A DNA stretch of 64,000 nucleotides from the NCBI GenBank assembly GCA_009392275.1, contig VFGV01000011.1, forward strand, positions 78,895 through 142,894, read 5' to 3'. The stretch is from SAR202 cluster bacterium. Its GTDB lineage: Bacteria; Chloroflexota; Dehalococcoidia; Lucifugimonadales; UBA2962. The notes beneath the pieces are model-generated. The model did no database searches and was not told where the DNA came from. It saw only the letters and a program-made list of their open reading frames with translations. The position numbers and the translations under genes are program-made. Below are positions 54,905 through 64,000 of this stretch, piece by piece (within the stretch, counting starts at the first letter, position 1; every line of letters starts with the position of its first letter).

Positions 54905-55813
54905 GTGATATGTTTTGATAATATGAGTCATATGGTAGAAATAAAACAAAAGAGGGCACCTAGGCGTTTACCTTCATGGCTGAAGGTTAAAGCTCCTGGG
55001 AGCGCAAAATATCTTGAGCTTAAACAGTTATTGAAGGAAGGAGCTCTTAATACAGTATGTGAAGAGGCACATTGTCCAAATATAGGTGAGTGCTGGACTC
55101 TCGGAACAGCTACTTTTATGATATTAGGTGACACCTGCACTCGAGCATGTTCGTATTGCGCCGTAAATACTGGTAAACCTAAAGCACCAGACCTGTTTGA
55201 ACCAGCGCGTCTTGCTCAAACGGTCGAGCGAATGAAATTAGAATATGCTGTTATAACCTCTGTAGATAGAGACGATTTGAAAGATGGAGGAGCCTCCTTT
55301 TTTGCTTCATGCATAGGTCTAATAAATAAACGGGTTCCAGATTGCAAGGTAGAGGTTTTAATACCAGATTTCAATGGCGATGAAAGTGCGCTAAGAACTG
55401 TTATGAATTCTAAGCCTAGCACATTAAACCACAATATAGAGACTGTTCGAAGAATTTTTCCTAAAGTAAGGCCAAAGGGGGATTATGATATGTCTCTCAA
55501 GTTGCTTGAGAATGCAAAAACTATGCAACCTCATATTCCCACGAAATCTGGAATGATGGTAGGTTTAGGTGAAACCTACAGTGAAATTAGTCAAACGATG
55601 AGTGATTTAAGAGAGGCGGACTGTGATTTATTAACTGTCGGACAGTACTTAAGGCCTTCACAAAAGCATTGGCCGGTAGTCAAATGGTATACAAATACTG
55701 ATTTTAAGAAAATAAAAGAAGAAGGATTATCCCTCGGATTTAAACACGTTGCAGCAGGACCTTTAGTTCGCAGTTCATATCATGCAAATGAGCAGCATGA
55801 GGCAGCAATATAA
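54905..55813 (+). CDS. lipA: lipoyl synthase
   Basis: TVCEEAHCPNIGEC and radical-SAM CTRACSYCAV. The start is ambiguous among GTG 54905, ATG 54923 and ATG 54932. Confidence 0.95.
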   Translation: MICFDNMSHMVEIKQKRAPRRLPSWLKVKAPGSAKYLELKQLLKEGALNTVCEEAHCPNIGECWTLGTATFMILGDTCTRACSYCAVNTGKPKAPDLFEPARLAQTVERMKLEYAVITSVDRDDLKDGGASFFASCIGLINKRVPDCKVEVLIPDFNGDESALRTVMNSKPSTLNHNIETVRRIFPKVRPKGDYDMSLKLLENAKTMQPHIPTKSGMMVGLGETYSEISQTMSDLREADCDLLTVGQYLRPSQKHWPVVKWYTNTDFKKIKEEGLSLGFKHVAAGPLVRSSYHANEQHEAAI

Positions 55814-55819
55814 TTTGTT

Positions 55820-56236
55820 TTAGTTTAGTGTGTGTGGCAACATCCAGCCGAAAACACCTGCGAATATCAATATAATTGGTAACGCTTTTACGAGCAGAGT
55901 GTTATTCATATATGCAATGATTAATATCGTTGAGGCAGGCACGATAAGAGTCACTAAAGTAAAAACTAAGTTAGGGCTGCCAAGTCCATTTGCAGGATTT
56001 ATTTTATCTAATAACATAAATGCTGCTCCATGAATTACCCCCACAATAGACCAAATAATATAAATAAGGCCAATCATTATAAGAACAAAAAGTGTCGGGC
56101 TTTGCCGGGTATTGACATATTTTATTAATCGAGACTCAGCAGTTATATATTTAGTGAATATTAATGCGCCTCCGGAAACAAACACTGAAGCCATTAATAA
56201 ACCTAAAAGTGCACCCGCAATTATCGCTTCAATCAT
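55820..56236 (-). CDS. hypothetical small membrane protein (about 4 TM helices)
   Basis: 138 aa, hydrophobic throughout, 6 nt upstream of ispE on the same strand. No family recognised. Confidence 0.5.
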   Translation of the reverse strand: MIEAIIAGALLGLLMASVFVSGGALIFTKYITAESRLIKYVNTRQSPTLFVLIMIGLIYIIWSIVGVIHGAAFMLLDKINPANGLGSPNLVFTLVTLIVPASTILIIAYMNNTLLVKALPIILIFAGVFGWMLPHTLN

Positions 56237-56242
56237 TAATGC

Positions 56243-57112
56243 TTATTTCCATTCAATTGCCTTAGTTGGCTTTACTACGTACGATTTAAATCCTGTTTTT
56301 TTACTGAGTAACAAAGAAAGGGCAGTAGCTATTTCTCGGGATTTAACAAGAGTGAATAATGATGGGCCAGCCCCACATATATGAATTTCTTCAGTCCAAA
56401 TCTCTGAAAATACTTCGCGAGTTGATTTTAATTCGGGAAATAGGTTGCTTGAAATCGGATCAAAAACATTGAACAGTAATTCAGAAGGAATATCACCTCT
56501 ATTTCTTATTCTCGATTCAAGTTTTCGAGTCAAAGCCCCTTTTGTGTAATGACTAGGGGTCACTTTACTAAACATAACCCTAGTCTTGTTATTAATTGGC
56601 ATATCAGGTGATAGGATCACAGCATATTTTATGTTTGCCTGTGGTAGTGTTCGTATAATCTCTCCTTTACCTTGAACCATTGCAGTGCCATTATGCAAGA
56701 AAAATGTTATGTCAGACCCGAAAGAGCTTGCGATAGGCCTTAATTGATCAATGTTCAATTCTAATCCCCATAATTTATTTAATCCAATCAAAGTAGTCGC
56801 TGCGTCACTACTACCACCTCCGAGCCCAGCTGCAATTGGTATATTCTTTTTTAGAGTAATTTTTGCCCCTGTCGATATTTTGTACTGATTCCTCAAAGCA
56901 TTAGCGACCAAATATGCTAGATTGGACTCCTTTTTGATTAACATGTTCGAGCAAAATATCTCTAATTCAGAGGATTCTTCTATTTTGATTTCATCGCATA
57001 GATTTACCGAGACAATAATTGATGTTAAGTCATGAAAATAATCAGGCCTTTTACCCAAAATCTCTAATGTCAGATTTATCTTGGCAGGAGCTAGTAAGTT
57101 TAATTGACTCAA
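56243..57112 (-). CDS. ispE: 4-diphosphocytidyl-2-C-methyl-D-erythritol kinase
   Basis: APAKINLTLEILGKRPDYFHDL. GHMP kinase motif PIAAGLGGGSSDAA. TTG start overlaps the rsmA stop (TTGA). Confidence 0.9.
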   Translation of the reverse strand: MSQLNLLAPAKINLTLEILGKRPDYFHDLTSIIVSVNLCDEIKIEESSELEIFCSNMLIKKESNLAYLVANALRNQYKISTGAKITLKKNIPIAAGLGGGSSDAATTLIGLNKLWGLELNIDQLRPIASSFGSDITFFLHNGTAMVQGKGEIIRTLPQANIKYAVILSPDMPINNKTRVMFSKVTPSHYTKGALTRKLESRIRNRGDIPSELLFNVFDPISSNLFPELKSTREVFSEIWTEEIHICGAGPSLFTLVKSREIATALSLLLSKKTGFKSYVVKPTKAIEWK

Positions 57113-57909
57113 AACTTAACTCCCATCTCATAAAAAATCATATATAGCTTTTTCCAGTCTGCTATTGATAAAACTTGAGGTCTAGATTTGGAATCGATTC
57201 CGGCTGTCCCCAAAGCGCTCTCAATTTTAACTTTAGATAAGTCCGTTGCATTTCCAAAGCAATTATGTATTTGTTTCCTGGGCGCGGAAAAGCCGGCCCT
57301 AACCATCGCTAAAAAGTCGGATTCTGGATATTGGTCTGTTGAAAGTTCATTATGCGGCTTCAAAGATATCACTGTTGAATTTACTTTTGGTTTCGGACTA
57401 AATACTGTGGGGCCTACCGTGAAAAGTTTTTGTATTAAACACTTTGTTTGGAATTCAACTGAAAGATAACCCATTTTACCGGGCTGGGCAGTAATCAGAT
57501 CAGCCACCTCTTTTTGTAACATTGCAACAATTACATTGGGCTTGTGATTCCAAGTTATGTAACGCCGGATAATGGGCGAAGCGACGTTATAGGGTAGGTT
57601 GCCTATCAACTTATAATTAGTGTCTGGTTTGATTAATTGATTGATATTGAAGTTTAATGCATCATCATTCACTACCGTTACATGAGGCTTGGAGTTAAAT
57701 TTTGAATGCAATCTTTCTGAGAGAATATCATCCATTTCTATGCAAATAAGGGATTTAACTTTATCGGCAATAATTTTGGTTAAAACTCCCTTGCCTGGCC
57801 CTATTTCTACTACGGTATCATTATGGGAAGGATACATGGCATCAACAATGCGATGAGCTACGCCTATATCTACTAAAAAATTTTGCCCAAGGGATTTCTT
57901 CGCTTTCAT
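57109..57909 (-). CDS. rsmA: 16S rRNA (adenine1518/1519-N6)-dimethyltransferase RsmA/KsgA
   Basis: KKSLGQNFLVD, VVEIGPGKGVLT, IGNLPYNV. Confidence 0.95.
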   Translation of the reverse strand: MKAKKSLGQNFLVDIGVAHRIVDAMYPSHNDTVVEIGPGKGVLTKIIADKVKSLICIEMDDILSERLHSKFNSKPHVTVVNDDALNFNINQLIKPDTNYKLIGNLPYNVASPIIRRYITWNHKPNVIVAMLQKEVADLITAQPGKMGYLSVEFQTKCLIQKLFTVGPTVFSPKPKVNSTVISLKPHNELSTDQYPESDFLAMVRAGFSAPRKQIHNCFGNATDLSKVKIESALGTAGIDSKSRPQVLSIADWKKLYMIFYEMGVKF

Positions 57910-57960
57910 TATTCACTTTATTCAGGCTACAAGCTGTATCCGGATCAGTTACGAATTTCG

Positions 57961-58231
57961 GTGGCTGCGCACCCACAGTCGACCTCTTCGATTGCACTTA
58001 AATTAATAGATCGACTCAAGTCAGGCGATCCCACGGCACCCGAAATGACTTACTTACCGCTGCTTCCTTCCGGACCTGACGGGGTTAGGTAAGCTTTCGT
58101 CGCGTAGGACCCAACTTTCAACATCGAACCAAAAAAACATTGGTGAATCAAATTGACCTTCATAGGGAATTCAGTCTCGCTGTAGCGGATTGCGAGTATA
58201 GGGCACCGCTAGCTCCCCACCTAGCACAGCC
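57961..58231 (-). ncRNA. ffs: signal recognition particle RNA, long Bacillus-type (Alu domain plus S domain), about 271 nt
   Basis: The minus strand reads GGCUGUGCUAGGUGGGGAGCUAGCGGUGCCCUAUACUCGCAAUCCGCUACAGCGAGA..., closely parallel to the 5' Alu domain of B. subtilis scRNA. It also carries the universal domain IV core GUCAGGUCCGGAAGGAAGCAGCGGUAAG. The 5' GGCUGUGC pairs with the 3' GCGCAGCC. A possible promoter on the minus strand is TTGCAT, 18 nt, TAAGAT (58267-58238). Confidence 0.9.
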
Positions 58232-58336
58232 AATTTAATCTTAAGGGTCAGCGATCTGTTTATGCAACCTTTTGACAAACCAATTAATTTAATTAAGGGG
58301 ATTAAAATTTAGGTATTATATATCTTGATATAATTT

Positions 58337-60181
58337 TCATCGGTCGATTTTTAATATAGAAAGGAAGGCCTCTTGTGGTATTTCTACACGCCCGACTCTC
58401 TTCATTCTTTTCTTGCCTTCAGCTTGTTTCTCCAACAACTTTCTTTTTCTTGTAACGTCGCCTCCATAGCACTTAGCTAAAACATTTTTACGTAAGGCTC
58501 GTACTGTTTCTCTTGCCAAGATCTTGTTGCCTATAGCTGCTTGAATTGGAACTTCAAATAGCTGTCTAGGTATGAGGTCTTTTAATTTTGCTGTTAAATC
58601 CCGGCCCTGTTGGTATGCATTTGTTTTATGAGAAACAAATGATAAAGCATCTACGGTCTCGCCATTAACAAGTATTTCTAATTTAACTAGCTTTCCAGGC
58701 CTATACTCTGACATAGAATAATCCATTGAAGCATATCCTTGTGTGCGAGATTTTAGCTGGTCTGCGAAGTCGATCAAAACTTCGGAAAGGGGAACCTTAT
58801 ATTCGAACATTACTCGATGTCCTTGTGCCACACCCGGATCAAAATCGTCTCCAGAAGATTGAATGTATTCCATTCTTTCAAGTTCGCCCCTACGCCCGTT
58901 CACAAGTTCCATAATAGTGCCTATATAACTATCTGGCGCCAATATATTTAAATTTAACCAAGGTTCTTTTATTTCAGTTATTGTTTGAGGCGCAGGCATC
59001 TCGGAAGGATTATCAATTTCTATGGACGATCCGTCTGTAAGTGTGATTTGATATGCTACCCCTGGCGCAGTTGCTAGCAGGGTTAAGTTATATTCTCTTT
59101 CTAATCTTTCCTGTATGATTTCCATGTGGAGTAACCCTAGAAACCCACATCTAAAACCTGGACCTAGGGCTGTAGACTGTTCAGGTTGATATGTTAAAGC
59201 AGCATCGTTTATTGCCAATTTCTCTAATGCATCCCGCAGATCAGAGTAATTTTCACCATCAGCAGGATATAATCCCGCAAAAACCATTGGTTTTGTTGCG
59301 TGGTACGTTTCCCACGGTGATACAGATCCGTTAACAAGTGTTGTAATAGTGTCGCCTACAGGTGCATCTCCGACTTGTTTGAAACCCGTGGCTATATAGC
59401 CAACCTCACCTGTATATAAATATTCTGTTGGAGATTCTTTAGGACTAAATGCTCCAACTTCTAGTGATTCTCCATTAGTTCCTTTTGCCATTAATTTTAA
59501 TTTGGAACGAGAAGGTATGGATCCATCAAATACTCTGACATATGCAATAACACCTTTATATGGATCATATTTCGAATCAAAAATAAGTGCTCTGAGAGGC
59601 CCTGCTGCGTCTCCTGTAGGCGGTGGTATTCTCTGAACTATCGCGTTCAATAATTCAGTAACTCCATCTCCAGTTTTACCCGAAACGTAGATCACTTCTG
59701 ATTTATCGAAACCAAAACTTTGACATACTTCTGATGCAACACGCTCTGGTTCTGCTGCGTCAAGATCAATTTTATTTATCACAGGTATGATTTTTAAATC
59801 GCGCTCTAAGGCTAAATACACATTGGCTAGAGTTTGTGCTTGAATGCCCTGTGTGGCATCAATAACCAGAAGCGCTCCTTCGCAGGCAGCGAGAGACCGA
59901 GAAACTTCATACGTGAAATCAACGTGCCCAGGAGTGTCTATCAGGTTTAGTTGGAATATTGATTTGTCAGTTGATTGATGTGACAGTCGTACCGCCTGTG
60001 CCTTTATGGTAATTCCTCTTTCTCGCTCTAGGTCCATGGTATCTAGATGTTGTTCTAATAGGTCTCGTGACTTGATGGCACCTGTTTCTGAGATTAATCT
60101 ATCTGCAAGCGTTGACTTGCCGTGATCAATGTGAGCTATGATACAGAAATTGCGAATATTGGAAATGTTTGTCGATGTCAT
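58337..60181 (-). CDS. lepA: elongation factor 4 (LepA)
   Basis: [33 protein letters not shown]. Typical LepA C-terminal domain and basic C-terminus. Confidence 0.95.
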   Translation of the reverse strand: MTSTNISNIRNFCIIAHIDHGKSTLADRLISETGAIKSRDLLEQHLDTMDLERERGITIKAQAVRLSHQSTDKSIFQLNLIDTPGHVDFTYEVSRSLAACEGALLVIDATQGIQAQTLANVYLALERDLKIIPVINKIDLDAAEPERVASEVCQSFGFDKSEVIYVSGKTGDGVTELLNAIVQRIPPPTGDAAGPLRALIFDSKYDPYKGVIAYVRVFDGSIPSRSKLKLMAKGTNGESLEVGAFSPKESPTEYLYTGEVGYIATGFKQVGDAPVGDTITTLVNGSVSPWETYHATKPMVFAGLYPADGENYSDLRDALEKLAINDAALTYQPEQSTALGPGFRCGFLGLLHMEIIQERLEREYNLTLLATAPGVAYQITLTDGSSIEIDNPSEMPAPQTITEIKEPWLNLNILAPDSYIGTIMELVNGRRGELERMEYIQSSGDDFDPGVAQGHRVMFEYKVPLSEVLIDFADQLKSRTQGYASMDYSMSEYRPGKLVKLEILVNGETVDALSFVSHKTNAYQQGRDLTAKLKDLIPRQLFEVPIQAAIGNKILARETVRALRKNVLAKCYGGDVTRKRKLLEKQAEGKKRMKRVGRVEIPQEAFLSILKIDR

Positions 60182-60265
60182 TATTCTAATAACTAAATTC
60201 TTTTTTAATTAAGTTGTTGAACTGAAGTTAATAGAGAGCTTATTATTGGTACAATTAATTTAAAC

Positions 60266-60347
60266 TGGGGAAGGAGGGACTCGAACCCACACGCCTTACG
60301 GCACATGATCCTAAATCATGCTCGTCTACCAATTCCGACACTTCCCC
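60266..60347 (-). tRNA. tRNA-Leu (anticodon UAG), type II with a long variable arm; CCA not encoded
   Basis: 82 nt: GGGGAAGUGUCGGAAUUGGUAGACGAGCAUGAUUUAGGAUCAUGUGCCGUAAGGCGUGUGGGUUCGAGUCCCUCCUUCCCCA. 7-bp acceptor stem (GGGGAAG/CUUCCCC). Anticodon stem CAUGA/UCAUG with loop UUUAGGA. GGUUCGAGUCC T-arm, with one U-U mismatch in the T stem. Confidence 0.95.
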
Positions 60348-60450
60348 AAATTAATACTAATGTGATTATATCTTTGAGAGTCGAGCTAAGCATAATAAAA
60401 AAAGACTGTTTTAAAATATCTAAATCCATTTTTCAGGAAAATATTGTTAA

Positions 60451-61233
60451 ATGATTCCTATGTTACTTATGGGCTTATGCCAAGGTTTGTTCGAATGGCT
60501 GCCAGTGTCCTCAGAGGGAATGATAGCAACTATATATGCATTTGTGTCCCAAAAAAGTTACCAGGAGTCAATACAGTTTGCATTATGGTTGCACTTGGGA
60601 ACAGCGCCTTCTGCCGCTATTATTTTCAGGAAGCCCTTGTGGCGTCTAGCTTCAGAATTAACTAAGTCACACCGTCAATATTCGCCTAAATTAAGATTTC
60701 TTATTATATCCACATTAATAAGCGCACCTATTGGTTTTGGTATATACATCGGAGTCGATGAGTTAACACAATTGGCGGGAAGTTTATTTATGGTTTTTGT
60801 CGGAGTGGCTATGCTGGTCACAGGTTTAGTTCAATTGAGATATAGAGTGCTCTATAATCGATCTACATCTGACTTAAATTTTATTGATGGTATCTTCGCA
60901 GGAATTGCTCAGGGGATTTCTGTGATTCCAGGATTTAGTCGATCTGGCATGACTATATCTGTGTTGACATTACGTGGCTTAGATCGAGGAGAGGTATTAG
61001 CTCTTAGTTATATTATGGGTATGCCTGTGAGTTTAGGCGCTGCTTTATGGATAGGAATCACCCAGGGATTTAATTGGTCTCTTGGAGCCTTATTATCTGC
61101 TTTAATCGCTTTTGTAATAGGGTTATTAACTATTAAGTTGTTAATTTCTGTATCTACTAAGATAAATTTAGGATTATTCATAATTGTTATGGGGTTATTT
61201 ATAATTGCTGGTGGCATATTTACCAATTTCTAG
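60451..61233 (+). CDS. uppP: undecaprenyl-diphosphate phosphatase (UppP/BacA)
   Basis: GLFEWLPVSSEGM (E-x-L-P-[VI]-SS motif) and PGFSRSGMTIS (PG-x-SRSG motif). Polytopic membrane protein. Confidence 0.9.
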   Translation: MIPMLLMGLCQGLFEWLPVSSEGMIATIYAFVSQKSYQESIQFALWLHLGTAPSAAIIFRKPLWRLASELTKSHRQYSPKLRFLIISTLISAPIGFGIYIGVDELTQLAGSLFMVFVGVAMLVTGLVQLRYRVLYNRSTSDLNFIDGIFAGIAQGISVIPGFSRSGMTISVLTLRGLDRGEVLALSYIMGMPVSLGAALWIGITQGFNWSLGALLSALIAFVIGLLTIKLLISVSTKINLGLFIIVMGLFIIAGGIFTNF

Positions 61234-61279
61234 TTGTAAGTATGATATTTTTTATGACAGTATTAAATAATCAACCGAT

Positions 61280-61411
61280 ATGAGCGATACAATAAACAAA
61301 ACAGGGACGAGGTTAATTTGCATTTCATGTGGCGCAGAGTTCGTTGTTACTCGAGCAGGAAATGGTGAATTGACTTGTTGTGAGACTCCACTAGATGTGA
61401 AGGAAAAATAA
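61280..61411 (+). CDS. desulforedoxin-like small protein (43 aa, Cys4 metal site)
   Basis: MSDTINKTGTRLICISCGAEFVVTRAGNGELTCCETPLDVKEK*. C-x2-C-G-x14-C-C has the same spacing as D. gigas desulforedoxin and the Dfx N-domain (C-x2-C-x15-C-C). No clear Shine-Dalgarno sequence. Absent from the track (under 60 aa). Confidence 0.6.
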   Translation: MSDTINKTGTRLICISCGAEFVVTRAGNGELTCCETPLDVKEK

Positions 61412-61554
61412 TGGCTACTCAGCTTGGAAAGAGATACAGGTCAATTGAAACAGGGGCTACATTATTATGTGTAAAGCCTGGAAAAGGTGATCTGAAATGC
61501 AATGGTAACAAGATGGTAGTCCAAGAGCCTAAACGGTTACCATCATCTGATTAA
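61411..61554 (+). CDS. degenerate desulforedoxin-fold paralog (47 aa), translationally coupled to 61280-61411
   Basis: MATQLGKRYRSIETGATLLCVKPGKGDLKCNGNKMVVQEPKRLPSSD*. It aligns position-for-position with the upstream ORF, but CxxC is replaced by SxxT and CC by CN. TAATG stop/start overlap. GAAGGAAA Shine-Dalgarno-like sequence inside the upstream ORF. Confidence 0.45.
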   Translation: MATQLGKRYRSIETGATLLCVKPGKGDLKCNGNKMVVQEPKRLPSSD

Positions 61555-62735
61555 TTGACCTCGATAATTACTGGTGATCTTTGCATTTCAGTAGTAGGAA
61601 TAGGTCCATCTTTGGACAGAAAAACATCTATTTCAGATCTAACTCCAAATTCAGGAAGGTATATTCCTGGTTCAATAGAGAAACAAATTCCTGGTATGAT
61701 GTTTCTCGTGTCATATGTTTCGTAAGAATCGAGGTTAACTGCATTGGAGTGTATTTCTTTGCCAATACTGTGTCCTAGGCGGTGTTTAAAATATTCTCCA
61801 TAACCGGCATTGTATATATATTCTCGTGCAACTTTATCCGCCTCATAACCTTTAACAAGCCTTTCTTCTCTGTGAGCGGTTGTAAGATAATCTAGAGTAC
61901 AATCTCTAGCTCCAATAACAAGATCAAATATCAGCTGATTCTTTGGTGGAACTTCACTACCTATATACCCAGTCCAAGTAATGTCAGCTGCCATGCTGCC
62001 TTCTTCAGATAAATTGGACCATAAATCTATCAATACCCAGTCATTTATTTTTATTACAGCACAATCGTTCTTGTCAGGCTCATAATGAGGGTCAGATGAA
62101 TGTGAATTGGTTGCTACTACAGGCCCGTCTGTGATGATCATGTTTTCTTCAATGAATCTAGACCTGATGAATTCTGCCACCTGAAACTCAGTTACTTTAT
62201 TACTTAAATTATCCCCGATATAACTAAACGCTTCATGAACAATTTTGGTAAGTAAACGAGCGGCTTTTTTATGAGATTCCAGTTCTGTACTTTCCCATAC
62301 TTGAGTAGAATATTGAAATAAATCTGCTGATGAAACAACTTCGACGCCCGCTTGCCTGACCAATTCTACTGTGCCTGCGTCCACCCTAGACACTCTAGGA
62401 AGTTCGCAATTCGGTGAATATTCCATCGCAACAGTTTTCGCAGTCTGTAATGTTTCATTTAAAATATCTATCATCTCAACACGACTCGACCACGATAATT
62501 TTGTAATATTATTTTGAGTAAATCTTTCAACGTCGACAGTGCTTGAAAGTATTAGTGGTTCACCATTGACTGGTATCCAAAACCAGTATGGACGTGTCAT
62601 GTTTTGCACATGGCCAATAGTGTCTTCCATTACGGGGTTGGAATAACGATAATCGTATATTAACCATCCATCAATGTGGTTTGCGGACATAAATTCCTTG
62701 GATTTTAAAACGGTGTTTTCTATAGATTGAGTCAA
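61551..62735 (-). CDS. M24-family metallopeptidase (Xaa-Pro aminopeptidase / creatinase-like)
   Basis: Creatinase/prolidase-like N-domain followed by a pita-bread domain with HRLGHSIGKEIH and FSIEPGIY...GVRSEI. Confidence 0.85.
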   Translation of the reverse strand: MTQSIENTVLKSKEFMSANHIDGWLIYDYRYSNPVMEDTIGHVQNMTRPYWFWIPVNGEPLILSSTVDVERFTQNNITKLSWSSRVEMIDILNETLQTAKTVAMEYSPNCELPRVSRVDAGTVELVRQAGVEVVSSADLFQYSTQVWESTELESHKKAARLLTKIVHEAFSYIGDNLSNKVTEFQVAEFIRSRFIEENMIITDGPVVATNSHSSDPHYEPDKNDCAVIKINDWVLIDLWSNLSEEGSMAADITWTGYIGSEVPPKNQLIFDLVIGARDCTLDYLTTAHREERLVKGYEADKVAREYIYNAGYGEYFKHRLGHSIGKEIHSNAVNLDSYETYDTRNIIPGICFSIEPGIYLPEFGVRSEIDVFLSKDGPIPTTEMQRSPVIIEVN

Positions 62736-62749
62736 ATGGTGAACTCCTT

Positions 62750-63367
62750 TTAATATAAGTTTTTCCAGCGTTGTCTATAAGCTATATTGTATTCATTTGG
62801 AGTATTTAAATCTAAGCTAATTTCATCAGAATCGATTGGAATTCTTTTTACGTTTTTTTCATTTCTCATTATTACATCTCTTATTCCTTTTTTTTCTTCT
62901 GTAATTGATAACAGCTCTGACTTTAGATCTGATGAGAATATAATTGGATGTCCACCCTTGCCACGATAAGTTGGTGAAGTGATCTGTGGTTGATTCCAGC
63001 TATGAGAGTCGATTACTTTGTTAATTAACGATGTTGATCTGGGTTGATCTATCGCTAGCAGCAAAATAGCTTCTGAATCATGATTAACGAGCTTCATGCC
63101 GGTCTTAATCGACCCTGATTTACCTTTTTTATAATCATTGTTTACTACGCAATCGACCTTGTCGTCTGATATGTAGCTAATAATCTTATCGGCCTCATGA
63201 CCCAAGACAACAATTATTTGATTAACACTGGAAGCAGATAACTGAGATACTTGATATTCAATTAAAGTGACATCTCTCTTCAAAACACTATCAGGCCATT
63301 TTAATAATGGCTTAGGTGTCCCCATTCTTGATGATTCGCCTGCACTTGTTAATATTGCTGAAATCAT
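62750..63367 (-). CDS. MobA/MocA-like nucleotidyltransferase (molybdenum cofactor cytidylyl/guanylyl-transferase family)
   Basis: ISAILTSAGESSRMGTPKPLL (L-A-A-G-x-S-x-R-M-G-x-x-K motif). ATG 63367 is preferred over the upstream TTG at 63385. Confidence 0.8.
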   Translation of the reverse strand: MISAILTSAGESSRMGTPKPLLKWPDSVLKRDVTLIEYQVSQLSASSVNQIIVVLGHEADKIISYISDDKVDCVVNNDYKKGKSGSIKTGMKLVNHDSEAILLLAIDQPRSTSLINKVIDSHSWNQPQITSPTYRGKGGHPIIFSSDLKSELLSITEEKKGIRDVIMRNEKNVKRIPIDSDEISLDLNTPNEYNIAYRQRWKNLY

Positions 63368-63421
63368 TGGTAAATATAAATTCAATAATCTAGAGGTAAA
63401 ATATAGTGAGACTGATCAAGG

Positions 63422-64000
63422 TTAACTGATAGTTTTGACTTGTTTGGTAAATATTTTTTCAACTAGTTTTTTATCGAGCTTCATATTTTCTCCACTACCG
63501 CCTAGTTTAAACATCAATATTTCAGCCACTATGCTGATGGCTATTTCGTCTGGAGTTCTAGCATTTATTTCAAGACCGATCGGAGCTCTTAATTCCATTA
63601 TTCTTTCTTTTGGAAGCCCCATTTTGAACAAGTCTTCATATATAAGAATAATTTTTCGTTTGGACCCAAGTAGGCCTACATAACTAGCTGATGTTTTGGC
63701 TGCTGCACCAAGAGCATCACTGTCATATCTATGACCTCTGGTTGCTACAACAATAAAAGAGTTTTTAGTTATATTGATTTGTCGTAGCGCTTCCTCAGGA
63801 TGCATTGCGATAGTTTGTTTTGCTTCAGGAAATCTTTCGCTGTTAGCAAATTCCGATCTATCGTCCGTTACATAAACGTGAAATCCTAGTTTTTCAGCTA
63901 GTGAAGAGATTGCCTTTGACACATGACCCCCTCCAACTAGAATCAATTTTGGAGGGCTAGTGTACCCTTCAATGAAATATTCAGTGCCATTTTCCGTAAC
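63422..64000 (-). CDS. XdhC/CoxI-family molybdoenzyme maturation protein (partial; the 5' end lies beyond the window)
   Basis: XdhC Rossmann-like C-domain: LILVGGGHVSKAISSLAEKLGFHVYVTDDR ... YVGLLGSKRK. The frame stays open to the window edge (…TENGTEYFIEGYTSPPK). Confidence 0.8.
   Translation of the reverse strand, partial: VTENGTEYFIEGYTSPPKLILVGGGHVSKAISSLAEKLGFHVYVTDDRSEFANSERFPEAKQTIAMHPEEALRQINITKNSFIVVATRGHRYDSDALGAAAKTSASYVGLLGSKRKIILIYEDLFKMGLPKERIMELRAPIGLEINARTPDEIAISIVAEILMFKLGGSGENMKLDKKLVEKIFTKQVKTIS

Noticed and set aside
57883-58092. 69-aa plus-strand ORF
   Set aside because: It lies inside, and antisense to, the SRP RNA gene. It overlaps the rsmA start.
60444-60665. 73-aa ORF overlapping the 5' end of uppP in another frame
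   Set aside because: The uppP frame carries the conserved E-x-LPVSS motif from its first codons. The alternative frame has no features.

Overview
AT-rich, densely coding bacterial chromosomal window with about 62 protein genes, one tRNA-Leu(UAG) and one long SRP RNA. I saw no rRNA, CRISPR array, transposase or integrase. Most genes are core housekeeping: rpmH-rnpA-yidD-yidC-jag, serS, ftsY, mutS, rpsT, relA/spoT, hisS, prfA-prmC, queG, dinG, ogg, lexA, tatAC, maf, rlmD, lipA, ispE, rsmA, lepA and uppP. These are interleaved with redox and catabolic paralogs (two crotonases plus an acyl-CoA ligase, two SDRs, three luciferase-like flavin/F420 oxidoreductases). There is also a Chloroflexi/Archaea-type membrane cluster (DUF2298 'YYY' protein, TIGR03663-like protein, flippase-like protein, FAD oxidoreductase). 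This gene mix, the short Gram-positive-type YidC and the Bacillus-type long SRP RNA suggest a marine Chloroflexota (SAR202-like) genome; that is inference only. The strongest hunt result is an unannotated SelW/Rdx-like selenoprotein gene (48704-48976, minus strand). It has an in-frame TGA exactly at the CxxU redox position and a SECIS-like hairpin 11 nt downstream, and the ORF track misses it because the TGA splits the frame. Other items worth a second look:
- a tandem pair of desulforedoxin-like mini-ORFs, one with the full Cys4 site and one degenerate;
- an orphan NuoE/NuoF/NuoG-like module whose FDH-type active-site Sec/Cys-His reads Arg-Pro, followed by an FNR-type reductase;
- a split two-gene homolog of D-glutamate cyclase;
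- a SelA-like PLP enzyme apparently co-transcribed with serS;
- 110 nt of dual coding between the basic YidC tail and the Jag N-terminus;
- two GAAC-N4-GTGC LexA-box-like sites in the lexA promoter.
All calls rest on motif recognition by eye. No database search or computation was run.
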